From: a bacterium | GTDB lineage: Bacteria > Elusimicrobiota > Elusimicrobia > UBA1565 | DNA length: 43,756 nt | Assembly: GCA_004322435.1 (NCBI GenBank) | Contig: SCTT01000232.1 | Span: forward strand, 1-43,756 | Reading direction: 5' to 3' | Shown here: positions 9,001 to 15,012 of the stretch, piece by piece | Layout of the letters: each line of letters begins with the position of its first letter | How positions within the stretch are numbered: the first letter of the stretch is position 1 | Program-made: the position numbers and the translations under genes | The notes under the pieces: model-generated | Databases searched by the model: none | What the model was told of the DNA's origin: nothing | The model's input: only the letters and a program-made list of their open reading frames with translations

Positions 9001-11189
9001 CGTGGAGCGCGAACGGCAATCCCGCGGGGACCCTCTACGAGCTCCAGCTCTCCCCGGACGGGTCGGCGTACACGACGTTCTCGACCTACGCGGTCGCCGC
9101 GGCGACGCCCGCGCTTTCGGCGTCGACGACGTATTTCTTCCGGGTCCGGGCGCTCAACGGGGACCTGGTGGCCACGGACTTCGCTCCGGCGGTCTCGACG
9201 CGCACGTTCCCGCCGGCCCCCGGCCAGCCCGGGACTCCCGCGGGGACGGCGCTCGGGACCTCGTCTATCTCCTGGACCTGGGCCGTGGCGACGGACGCGG
9301 CCGGCTACGCCGTCTTCGCCGCGTCGAGCCCGGCGCTGGCGGTCGCCGCGCCCGTCGCCGCGGCCTTCTCGCAGACGGGCCTCGCGCCCAACACGGCGGC
9401 CGGGCTCTTGGTCGCCGGCGTCAACCCGTCGGGGCAGGGCCCGCTCTCGGCGGCGGCCACGGTCTACACGCTGGCCGCCGTCCCCTCCGGCGCCGCCGCC
9501 CCGGCCGTCCATCAGACGAGCGCATCCGTCTCCTGGGGCTTAAACGGGAACCCCGCGGGGACCCTCGCGGAGATCCAGCGCTCCACGGACGGCGCGGCGT
9601 TTACGGCGTTCCAATCGACGACCGCGACCGGCCTGACGATGACGGACCTCCTCGTGTGCGCGAGCTACTGGGTCCGGGTCCGGAACTTGAACGGCGACGG
9701 CCTGCCGACCGCCTACGACGGCGCGGCCTTCCTGACCCTTCCTTCGACCCCCACCGCGCCGGGAGGGCTCTCCGCCGCCCCGCTGGCGGGGAATCGGGTG
9801 TCTCTGTCGTGGACCCCCTCGGGCTCCGAGAGCGTCACCGAGTACCGCCTCTACTGGGACTCGGGGACCGGGACGGTCTCTTACGCCTCCCCGCTGGCGG
9901 TCGTGCCCGCGACGATGACGAGCCACCAGACCGCGGTGCTGGCCTCGAGCGCCGCCTACCGCTTCGCTCTGCGCGCCTTCAACCGCTGCGGCCTCGAGGA
10001 GGCCAACGTCGGCGTGCTGGCCTCCGCGCCGTCGTTGACCTCGCTGACCGGGGTCAAGGCCGCGCCCACGGCCCCGCTGAGCGGCCAGCGCGTCAAAGGC
10101 GACCGCGTGACGGTGGCCGCCGGACGGACCCTCGGCGCGGCCTCCGACGTCGTCCGCGTGCTGTTCCAGTACAAGGCCTCGAGCGCGTCGGCGTGGGCGG
10201 ACATCCCGGCGGTCGGAGGCGACGCGAACCCCGACACGTCGGAGCCGTACTACGTCCACTGGAACGCCGACGGACTGGGGCTGGCCGCGGCGCAGTCCTT
10301 CGACCTGCGCGCGGTGGCCTACGACGTGTCGGGCGCCTCGGACGCCGCGCCGAGCGCGGTGACCGTGTCGGTCGTGACCGCCGCCGCGACCGATTACGAC
10401 GTGGCCGAGGGGCTGGTGGGCGGGAAGCTGCAGAAGTCCCAGGTCCTCGACAACACCGTGACGACCACGCTGCAGACGGGCGGGTCCGTGCCGACGAGCC
10501 TGACCATCCCCGCGGGGGCCCTCGACTCGGGCCAGGCGACGGTCGCGGTGGTCAACGACCCCGGCGTCCTCTCGGGGACGCCGACCGGGGCCGAGTCCGC
10601 CGGCACCGCGGTCCAGATCACCTTGTCGGGCGGGCAGACCCAGCTCGCCAACGGCAAGACGGCCGCGGTGACGTTGGGCTATCCCGACGCCGACGGCGAC
10701 GGGTTGGTGGACGGCACGACGCTGCGCGCCGACCGCCTGGTGATGTTCTCCGCCCCGGCGCTCGCCGGGCCCTGGACCCGGGACTTCGGCTCGAGCGTGG
10801 ACGCGGCCGGCAAGAGCGTGACGGGGAACACCCCGCACTTCAGCTTCTTCGCGCTCTTCGCCGTCGCCTCGGCCAGCCTCGACGCCCTGCGCGTCTACCC
10901 CGTCCCCTACATGCCCAACGGCGGCAACGCCGACCAGGGCGTGCCCTTCGCCGCGGGCAACCCGAACTCAGGAATCGTCTTCGACAACCTGCCCAACTCC
11001 GTCACCATCAAGATCTACACCGTCACCGGCCAACGGGTGGCCCAGTTCGGCTCGGGCTCCTCGGGCGGCAAGGTGCAGTGGGACGTGAAGAACGACCGCG
11101 GCCAGGACGTGGCCTCCGGAGGCTACATCGCCGTCATCACGAGCCCGGGCGCGAACCCGGTCACGAAGAGGATCCTCGTCGTCCGATGA
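57..11189 (+). CDS. Giant (3710 aa) secreted cell-surface repeat protein: signal peptide, about 37 FN3-like modules, Ig-like region, T9SS/FlgD-Ig-like C-terminal sorting domain
   Basis: Uninterrupted 11.1-kb ORF with an SD-like purine tract upstream. The N-terminus MPSAVAVHRIALLAVALGGAFVTPAQA looks like a signal peptide. It has 18 alternating copies of module A (..STxxVxWxW..DAxSYxV..PNxxSxxxVRGVNxxGxGPLS) and module B (..LSWxxxGNPAGTxYELQxSTDG..STTYxFRVRAxNxD). All other ORFs overlapping this span are Arg/Gly/Pro-rich artefacts. Confidence 0.93.
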   Translation: MPSAVAVHRIALLAVALGGAFVTPAQAHAPGAPGTPAVTNLSTDSVSWAWTAGLDADSYQIFLASSMGGPYLTTAATSFTHAGLGPNGLSDIYVRGLHTGEDGPFSGRATAYSSAALPSGLAVSSVTGVYAVLSWGAAGNPAETFYDLQKSLDGSSFATHSTYTVTVATVSGLAADTSHYFRLRAYNKDSVATDFAGPVSTKTAPTGGTPLPAPPAAPSGSALSTSAVSWSWGAVSGATGYRVSLGTKSYEFLASTPAAAFVHAGLTANETSGIAVSAVNVTGEGPPSPSAVKTTLAMPPTGSSAAVVTANSVTLGWGANGNPSGTVYEVQSTTEGGSFAFAGNFNNVGATLSGLTSDTTWQFRVRAQNQDAVLTAFDAVVTTRTGVPFPGQPGNPASTFISTAEVVWAWSAATDATAYQVRLATASGTLVATPTAPAYAHVVGPNALSSLIVRGQNANGVGPFTSTVTVHTYARAPTSLALSSVTSLFASLTWSADGNPAGTTYLLEKSTEGGAFEAHSTYTVTAATVAVLLPSTTYTFRVLAVNDDLVATAYSGTVSTVTAATGGTPPPGNPGSPTPTVLSTAEVSWEWTAASDAESYRVFLDSKPAELLTTVPTTGFIHAELPINSRSAIRVQAVNGTGVSPQSNGASVYTKAMVPSTPTFTVVGHDNVSLAWDEQGNPPGTEYEVEGATVGGVFDVLSGATFGVVDLAGLQGSTTYQFRIRALNFGGVPTGYSGVASTRTLEPPPPAPGAPTPVVLSTGDVAWSWTTSTAAVSYEVRYATEVTRLLLSTAVGSFTLRGLGPNEPSGIVVRGVNAAGPGPLSGAATAYTWAMAPASLADVSVASTTLYLSWDAAGNPAGTYYELQRATDGATFLAYSTYTVAAATVSALAPATTFEFRVRAANGDGVTTAFSNTLATGTAPPLPGVPGVPGTFFLSTGAVTWAWTPGSDTVSYELVLDSDTAQVLAAPAVSSATLTFGPNERSAVRVRGVNAAGSGPLSGVGQVYTLAMPPSALAVTDVQPSAVSLSWNASGNPGGTSYQVQLSSAGGPFGTVSTVGSEFADVGGLSSATAHSFRVRALNGDGVTSAFSSSLSTTTKNLPPGVPGTPSAAFLSTLSVTWAWTPAADASSYEAFLASETATLVAAPAVSSFTLTPGPNAPSAVVVRGVNVAGPGPLSGAATVYTLAAEPTGLAAVDVTANSADLAWQTGGNPPGTVYQLEASSGGPYVSAAVTSALGASLAGLSSSTAYGFRVRAVNEDGVPGGYSGVLATATHALGGQPAPGATGTPATVLVSSADVSWAWSPASDADRYKVFPASNTAVLLASPTAAGVVFSGMTPNRPSAVVVRGVNDAGNGPLSAAATAYTLALAPSALAVDEVSFTSVTVSWSGGANPAGTEYRLETSTDLVSYTPYSTTTAASAYVGGFSSDTVYGIRVQAANADGVPTAYAPAVSTRTLSPIPGPTGTPAPVVLSTGDVSWTWAAADRALGYEVSLASDTLSVLASTGAAAVVLRGYAPNTLSAIRVRGTNTDGPGPLSASGAAYTLSMVPTSLTGADAASTTLHLVWSPAGNPAATDYELQMDVGSGFFYAGAFSVAEATVSALSPATTYQFRVLAYNHDGVQTAYSAPLATGTAPPFPGAPGTPAAAYVSTGVVTWAWTAASDAATYEALRASDTASVLAAPAVSSFTLTSGPNEPSGVVVRGVNAAGAGPLSASATVYTLAMPPTALAVTAVSATSAELTWSASGNAGGTTYHIERSTDGSLFFPAGDTAAVGATVAGLSSATAYSFRLRAENGNAVLTEYSNVAATQTSNAVGPLPGLAGTPFTLFVSSDDVSWTWAGSSAATSYKVFPASSPATLLGAPATNLFSLSGMGPNVRSAIAVAGINAEGEGPLSAAATAYTYALPPASLALGSVGASSVTLSWSAGGNPAGTRFKVDVSFDGVFFVPFTTTTAVSLAAVSLASSTDYSFRVSALNGDLVETAFSNSVTTTTLSPLPGPTGTPSAVAASTGHVTWGWSAAVQASSYQVYLATKTSELVAAPTAASTVRFVGPNQATSIVVRGTNTFGAGPLSGAATAYSWAKPPTSLALTAVSSAAVGLSWSANGNPAGTVYELQLSTDGAAYAVFSTMTAAAASADLAASTTYFFQVRARNADLVNTAFAAAVSTRTLPPLPGTPGTPFTASVSTGGVAWVWAGGADAASYQVSLASNTAELLSSPTTNTFLKVLGPNEPSGVVVRALNATGSSPLSASATAYSWAKAPTSFALTSVSSYAVGLSWSANGNPAGTVYELQLSTDGAAYSPFSTTTAVSVSAALSASSTYFFQVRARNADLVDTAFAAAVSTRTLPPLPGTPGTPFAASVSTGGVAWVWAGAADAASYQVSLASNTAELLSSPTTNTFLKVLGPNEPSGVVVRALNATGSSPLSASATAYSWAKAPTSFALTSVSSAAVGLSWSANGNPAGTVYELQLSTDGAAYSSFSTMTAVTASAVLSPSSTYFFQVRARNGDLVTTAFAAAVSTRTLPPLPGTPGAPFTASVSTGGVAWVWAGAANAASYQVSLASNTAELLSSPTTNTFLKVLGPNEPSGVVVRALNATGSGSLSASATAYSWAQAPASLGLTAVTSGTVGLSWSANGNPAGTVYELQRSTDGTTFAAFSTYTAAAATAGGLAASTTYFFQVRARNGDLVTTAFAAAVSTRTLPPVPGAPGTPFTASVSTGGVAWVWAGLAEAASYEVVLATKVSEVLAAPTTNATTRVSGPNEPSAISVRALNPSGAGPLSSAATAYSWAMPPASLALTAVSSAAAGLSWSANGNPAGTLYELQLSLDGSAYAPYSTYAVTGATPALAASTTYYFRVRARSGDAVDTAFASAVSTSTLPPAPGQPGTPVGAALGVASVSWTWGAAADASGYSVFVASDLVAAASTTASASYLELGLSPNVPAGLVVAGVNPSGQGALSAAATVYTLAMPPASLALTAVSSSAAGLSWSANGNPAGTLYELQLSPDGSAYTTFSTYAVAAATPALSASTTYFFRVRALNGDLVATDFAPAVSTRTFPPAPGQPGTPAGTALGTSSISWTWAVATDAAGYAVFAASSPALAVAAPVAAAFSQTGLAPNTAAGLLVAGVNPSGQGPLSAAATVYTLAAVPSGAAAPAVHQTSASVSWGLNGNPAGTLAEIQRSTDGAAFTAFQSTTATGLTMTDLLVCASYWVRVRNLNGDGLPTAYDGAAFLTLPSTPTAPGGLSAAPLAGNRVSLSWTPSGSESVTEYRLYWDSGTGTVSYASPLAVVPATMTSHQTAVLASSAAYRFALRAFNRCGLEEANVGVLASAPSLTSLTGVKAAPTAPLSGQRVKGDRVTVAAGRTLGAASDVVRVLFQYKASSASAWADIPAVGGDANPDTSEPYYVHWNADGLGLAAAQSFDLRAVAYDVSGASDAAPSAVTVSVVTAAATDYDVAEGLVGGKLQKSQVLDNTVTTTLQTGGSVPTSLTIPAGALDSGQATVAVVNDPGVLSGTPTGAESAGTAVQITLSGGQTQLANGKTAAVTLGYPDADGDGLVDGTTLRADRLVMFSAPALAGPWTRDFGSSVDAAGKSVTGNTPHFSFFALFAVASASLDALRVYPVPYMPNGGNADQGVPFAAGNPNSGIVFDNLPNSVTIKIYTVTGQRVAQFGSGSSGGKVQWDVKNDRGQDVASGGYIAVITSPGANPVTKRILVVR
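141..10002 (+). repeat. Coding tandem array of FN3-like modules, (A-B)x18 plus one divergent FN3; boundaries approximate
   Basis: I counted 18 W-x-W type-A modules, each followed by a GNPxGT type-B module, with a period of about 176-190 aa. A final module, LSWTPSGSESVTEYRLYWDS..YRFALRAFNRCG, follows. Confidence 0.8.
6561..8147 (+). repeat. Three near-identical in-frame 528-bp (176-aa) tandem units, a recent amplification inside the giant gene
   Basis: Unit starts (ttgccgcctctgccgggg...) are at 6561, 7089 and 7617, exactly 528 nt apart. Nucleotide identity looks above 90% by eye. The antisense ORFs 7013-7339 and 7541-7867 are near-duplicates offset by 528 nt. A fourth, more diverged unit begins near 8148. 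Confidence 0.85.
10887..11186 (+). other. C-terminal sorting domain (T9SS type-A CTD / FlgD-Ig-like) of the giant protein
   Basis: LRVYPVPYMPNGG...VTIKIYTVTGQRVAQF...VQWDVKNDRGQDVASGGYIAVITS...KRILVVR. This resembles the Por_Secre_tail / FlgD_ig pattern (..IYdvsGrlV..WdGkndsGqpvasGvY..). Confidence 0.6.
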
Positions 11190-12547
11190 AGACCACGGCC
11201 CTCCTCGCCCTCCTCCTCGCCCTGGCCCCTGCGGCCCGGGCCTCCGGCGCGGGCGCGGACCCCTTCAACTTCCTCTTCCTCGACGCCGGCGCCCGCCCGG
11301 TCGCTCTGGGCGGCGCCTATACGTCGCTGGCCGACGACGCCGACTCCCTGCTCTATAACCCGGCCGGACTGGCCGTCCCGCGCCGGCACCAGGCGACCTT
11401 CATGCACAACCAGCATTTCTCGGGGATCACCCAGGAGTACGCCGCCTATGCCTCGCCGTGGGGCCTGGGCCTCAACCTCAATTCGCTCAACTTCGGCGAG
11501 GCGACGCGGACGACGTATGCGAACCCGACGGGCGCGGGCCTGGGCAAGGTCGCGATGAACGACCTGGCCTTCGGCGCCGGATACGGCCGCGAGGTCCTCG
11601 GGGTCCGCGCCGGGGTCGGGTTCAAGTACATCCGGGAGTTCATCGCCGGCGTGACCGCCGACGGCTATGCGTTCGACTTAGGTCTCCAGCGCGACTCGGC
11701 GCTGCTGCCGGGCCTGACGCTCGGCGCGGCGCTCCAGAACCTCGGGCCCGCGGTCCGCTTCCAGCGCGTCGACGAGAAGCTGCCGCTGAACCTGCGCACG
11801 GGCGCCTCCTACCGCTTCAGCGCCTTCGGACAGCCCTCGGCGCTCGCCTTGGACGTCACCAAGGAGCGTTCGGAGTCCCCGCTCGTCGGCGCGGGCTTCG
11901 AGGTGGCGGCCATGGGATTTATGCCCCTGCGCCTGGGGCTCTCGACGCGCAACCAGGCCGGCCCCGGCGTCACCGCCGGGCTGGGCTGGCGCTACGGCGG
12001 GCTCGGCGTCGATTACGCCTTCGTCCCCTACGGGGACCTCGGGATGGCGCACCGCTTCAGCCTGTCCTGGCGCTGGGGCGCGGACCCCGAGGAGCGCCAG
12101 GACCGAGAAGACCGGGACGACCGGGAGGACCCGGCGCCCAAGCCGCGGCCCCGCGTCTTCGCCCCGCCCGACGCGAACGCGCGCTTCGCGGCCGCCGAGC
12201 GCGCCCGCTCCGCCGGCGACGTCAAGGGAGCCCGCCGGGAGCTCGAGGCGGCGCGGCGCCTCTTGGCCTCCGACGACCGCCGCCAGGTGCTCTATCTGAC
12301 GCGCTACGGCGAGCTCTCCTACGACGAGGGCGAGACCGACGACGCCCGGGAGCTCTTCTTGGACGCCATCCGCCTGGCGCGCCGCATCGACACGACCGGC
12401 CCGGCGGTGTCCGGCGCCTACATCGGGCTGTCGCGCTGCCTGGCCGACGCCGGCCAGAAGCGGGGCGCGCACGACGCGCTGCTCAAGGCCCTCGAGGCCG
12501 GTCCCACGGAGCGCCAGCGCGCCGAGATCGAGAAGCGTCTGCGCTAG
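11186..12547 (+). CDS. PorV/PorQ-family (FadL-like) outer-membrane beta-barrel with an acidic linker and TPR-like C-terminal extension (453 aa)
   Basis: The ATG overlaps the giant-gene stop (ATGA at 11186-11189). The signal peptide is MKTTALLALLLALAPAARA. The N-terminal motif FLFLDAGARPVALGGAYTSLADDADSLLYNPAGLA is typical of PorV/PorQ-like proteins. Alternating beta-strand-like sequence runs to ..HRFSLSWRWGA. Then come DPEERQDREDRDDRED and a helical repeat-like tail. Confidence 0.75.
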   Translation: MKTTALLALLLALAPAARASGAGADPFNFLFLDAGARPVALGGAYTSLADDADSLLYNPAGLAVPRRHQATFMHNQHFSGITQEYAAYASPWGLGLNLNSLNFGEATRTTYANPTGAGLGKVAMNDLAFGAGYGREVLGVRAGVGFKYIREFIAGVTADGYAFDLGLQRDSALLPGLTLGAALQNLGPAVRFQRVDEKLPLNLRTGASYRFSAFGQPSALALDVTKERSESPLVGAGFEVAAMGFMPLRLGLSTRNQAGPGVTAGLGWRYGGLGVDYAFVPYGDLGMAHRFSLSWRWGADPEERQDREDRDDREDPAPKPRPRVFAPPDANARFAAAERARSAGDVKGARRELEAARRLLASDDRRQVLYLTRYGELSYDEGETDDARELFLDAIRLARRIDTTGPAVSGAYIGLSRCLADAGQKRGAHDALLKALEAGPTERQRAEIEKRLR

Positions 12548-12598
12548 GGGGCCCAAAGGTCCCAGAGCGCGTCCGGCAAGCCGCGGTAACATATCCCG

Positions 12599-13543
12599 GT
12601 GAACCCCGCCGCCCTCGGCGCCGCGCTGGCGCTGGCCCTCCCCACCTCCCTGCCGCCCTCCGCGCCGGCCGACTCCGTCGGGGCCGTCCTCCGGGACTCG
12701 TCCGAGCGCGCCGCGCTGGCCGAGGTCTTGGACGGCCGGCTCGTGCTGGCCGCCGACGCCAAGGAGGACGAGGCGGTCTTCTATAAGGAAGCGCTGCGCA
12801 CCCTCCTTAAGACCCCCACCGGCCGCTCGCTGGCCGAGGCCTTCGCCGACCTCCCCGGAGGCCCCGTGACGGTGCGCTTCGAGAGCCTCGAGCGCATCGG
12901 TGGGAAGGCGGTCGCCGAGGACGGCAAGGACGCCGTCGTGCTTGGCCGCACTTTGCTCTCCTGGAAGCCGGAGTGGGCGGCGCAGCAGGGCGCCGGCCTC
13001 CTGGCCCACGAGCTGCTCGGCCACATGCTCTCGTCCCGCCGCGCGCGAGCGGCCGGCGTCGGCTGGGAGCACGCGGCCTGCCTCGAAGACGAGGTGGACG
13101 CCGGCCTCGTCGGCACCTTGGTGACGCTCGAGGCGGGGTGGCGCTTCTTGGACCCAGGGGCCGAGAGCCTGCTCAAGGACCGCCCCGCCTACGAGGCCGA
13201 GCTCCAGTGGCGCCAGCCCGAATACGCCGTCGCGCTCCGGGACGCGGAGCTCGCCGACCCCCGCGGGGCGCTGCGCGCGCGCCTCGCCCAGGTCGAAGGG
13301 CGCTTCGACACGCCCCAGACGCGCGAGCTCTTCGGCCGGGCCCTCCGGGAGCGCCTCGACTTCCTCGAGTCCCGCCCGGACGTCCGCCAGTCGCTCGCGG
13401 ACTACGCCGCCCATCCCTTCCACCGCGAGATGGAGGCGGCCATCGTCCTGCGCCTCGCGCGCCTGCGCACGCTGGCCCCACCGCCTCCCGAGGACCAGTC
13501 GCCCCTCTCGGGCGACGCCGAAGCCGCCCTCGCCCCGCACTGA
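12599..13543 (+). CDS. Secreted hypothetical protein with an HExxH (HELLGH) zinc-metallopeptidase-like motif (314 aa)
   Basis: GTG start. The N-terminus MNPAALGAALALALPTSLPPSAPA is hydrophobic. A single HELLGH motif is present, and the codon usage is GC3-rich. No family was recognised by eye. Confidence 0.6.
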   Translation: MNPAALGAALALALPTSLPPSAPADSVGAVLRDSSERAALAEVLDGRLVLAADAKEDEAVFYKEALRTLLKTPTGRSLAEAFADLPGGPVTVRFESLERIGGKAVAEDGKDAVVLGRTLLSWKPEWAAQQGAGLLAHELLGHMLSSRRARAAGVGWEHAACLEDEVDAGLVGTLVTLEAGWRFLDPGAESLLKDRPAYEAELQWRQPEYAVALRDAELADPRGALRARLAQVEGRFDTPQTRELFGRALRERLDFLESRPDVRQSLADYAAHPFHREMEAAIVLRLARLRTLAPPPPEDQSPLSGDAEAALAPH

Positions 13544-13560
13544 GCGCAGCGGGCGGACGC

Positions 13561-13589
13561 TTGACGGGCCCGCGCCGCGCCCCCATACT
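13561..13589 (+). promoter_or_regulatory. Sigma70-type promoter TTGACG-N17-CATACT placed 6 nt before the GTG start, implying a leaderless mRNA
   Basis: TTGACG is at 13561-13566, followed by a 17-nt spacer and CATACT at 13584-13589. The start codon GTG is at 13596, with no SD in between. Confidence 0.5.
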
Positions 13590-13595
13590 GGGGCT

Positions 13596-14246
13596 GTGGC
13601 GAGGCTGACCCTTTCCACCGACGAAGGCGAGCGCGAGGACCCGGACGGCCCCGCGGTCGACGCCGCTTTGGCCCGGCTCGCGGCGGAGTCCGAGGCCTAC
13701 GCGCTGCTGTCCTCGGAGACGGGCGAATACCTGCAGGCGACACGCAGCGCGGGGCGCCTGTCCTTGGAGCGCCAGGAGGGCAGCGCGCGCCTGTCGTGGG
13801 ACGGCGAGCCGGCCGCGTCCGAGCTCGCCTCGGCCTTCTCGGGGTTCCTCGCGGGGAGCGGGGAGTGGCGCGCGCATCCGCGCTGGAAGCGGTCCACCGA
13901 CGAAGACGCGGCGCGGGAGCACCGCCAGGCGCTCTTGGAGCTTCTGGGCGCGGCCCCACTCAAGGTCCCCAGCGCCCCCGACGGGACCCTCCTGTCGTCC
14001 ACCAACGGCGAGGTCACCGCGCTGCTCGCCTTCGCCTCCGAGGCCGCGCTCGCCGAGGCCTGCCCGGGGGCCGGGATGCTGACGGTCGAGGCCGCCCGCC
14101 TGCTCGCTCTCTTCCTCGCGGCGCCCCAGCAGGTCCTTTTCGTCGAGGCCGGTGCCGACTGGGTGAGCATCGACAAGGCCGAGGCCGCGGCGCTCGCGGA
14201 GCTCATCCAAGCCCCCCCGGGAGGGGGGGGTAAAAATCAGGCCTGA
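13596..14246 (+). CDS. Cytoplasmic hypothetical protein whose C-terminal half is SseB-like (216 aa)
   Basis: No signal peptide. The C-terminal half (..NGEVTALLAFASEAALAEA..LLALFL..VLFVEAGADWVSI) resembles the SseB / T3SS-chaperone-like pattern. This assignment is weak. Confidence 0.5.
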   Translation: MARLTLSTDEGEREDPDGPAVDAALARLAAESEAYALLSSETGEYLQATRSAGRLSLERQEGSARLSWDGEPAASELASAFSGFLAGSGEWRAHPRWKRSTDEDAAREHRQALLELLGAAPLKVPSAPDGTLLSSTNGEVTALLAFASEAALAEACPGAGMLTVEAARLLALFLAAPQQVLFVEAGADWVSIDKAEAAALAELIQAPPGGGGKNQA

Positions 14247-14347
14247 CACCGCGATTTTAAGCTGGAACCGCCCCCCCGCGCCGTGGCATAGTGGACGAGG
14301 TGGTCGTGCCCTGAATCCGTGAAGTCGGGCACGGCGGAGGTGGTGGC

Positions 14348-14944
14348 ATGCGCGTCTGGTCCCTGGCGTTGCTCTGTGCCGTCTTGGCCGGCTCTCCCGT
14401 CCTCGCCGGCCGTTCCCTTGAATCCCTGAAGTCCGCCGAGCCGCTCGCCGGCGCCGCCGCGCGCCTGGGAGTGGACGCCGTCCCGGCCCTGCCCGCCGGC
14501 GCGCCGGTGGCCGCCCCGGCCCCGGCCCCGGACTTCACCGTCTTGCGCGTCAAGCCGGACCCGGACAAGACCCCCGGGCGCCTGTGCACCACCGACGACC
14601 CCGACTTCCTCGAGTTCCGCTATCCCGAGCGCATCCCCTACTGCAAGCGCCACGTGACGAAGGAGGAGAAGCGGCGCGTCGCCGCGGCATACGGCATCCC
14701 CGAGTCCGAATGGCCCAACTACGAGTTCGACCACCTGATCCCGCTGGGCATCGGCGGCTCGAGCCTCGACGAGAACATCTGGCCGCAGCCCCGCGGCGAC
14801 GACGAGGCCGAGGGGAAGGACAAGCTCGAGCTGGCGCTCTACAAGGCGCTCGCGGCGGGCACCATCACCCAGGCCGAGGCCGTGCGCCGGAACATGGCGT
14901 GGTTTGAGGCGCGCGGGCTCCTGCTGCGCCGCCCCAGCATCTAG
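14348..14944 (+). CDS. Secreted HNH-family endonuclease (198 aa)
   Basis: SD GGAGG lies about 8 nt upstream. The signal peptide is MRVWSLALLCAVLAGSPVLA, followed by an Ala/Pro linker. The HNH core is YEFDHLIPLGIGGSSLDENIWPQP. Confidence 0.75.
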   Translation: MRVWSLALLCAVLAGSPVLAGRSLESLKSAEPLAGAAARLGVDAVPALPAGAPVAAPAPAPDFTVLRVKPDPDKTPGRLCTTDDPDFLEFRYPERIPYCKRHVTKEEKRRVAAAYGIPESEWPNYEFDHLIPLGIGGSSLDENIWPQPRGDDEAEGKDKLELALYKALAAGTITQAEAVRRNMAWFEARGLLLRRPSI

Positions 14945-15012
14945 GGACCCGACACTTTTCGGCCCCCGGCTCCGTCCAAGCTCCAGTGGGGGGACTCCCC
15001 CGGAGGAATGAC

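Noticed and set aside
11678-13618. 646-aa minus-strand ORF antisense to the PorV-like and HExxH genes
   Set aside because: It has a low-complexity Arg/Gly/Ala/Glu composition and no recognisable motifs. The plus-strand genes have signal peptides and family motifs.
14305-14333. 7-bp hairpin CGTGCCC-N15-GGGCACG just upstream of the HNH gene SD
   Set aside because: It has a short stem and a large loop, with no T-tract or recognisable riboswitch features. It may be incidental in GC-rich DNA.
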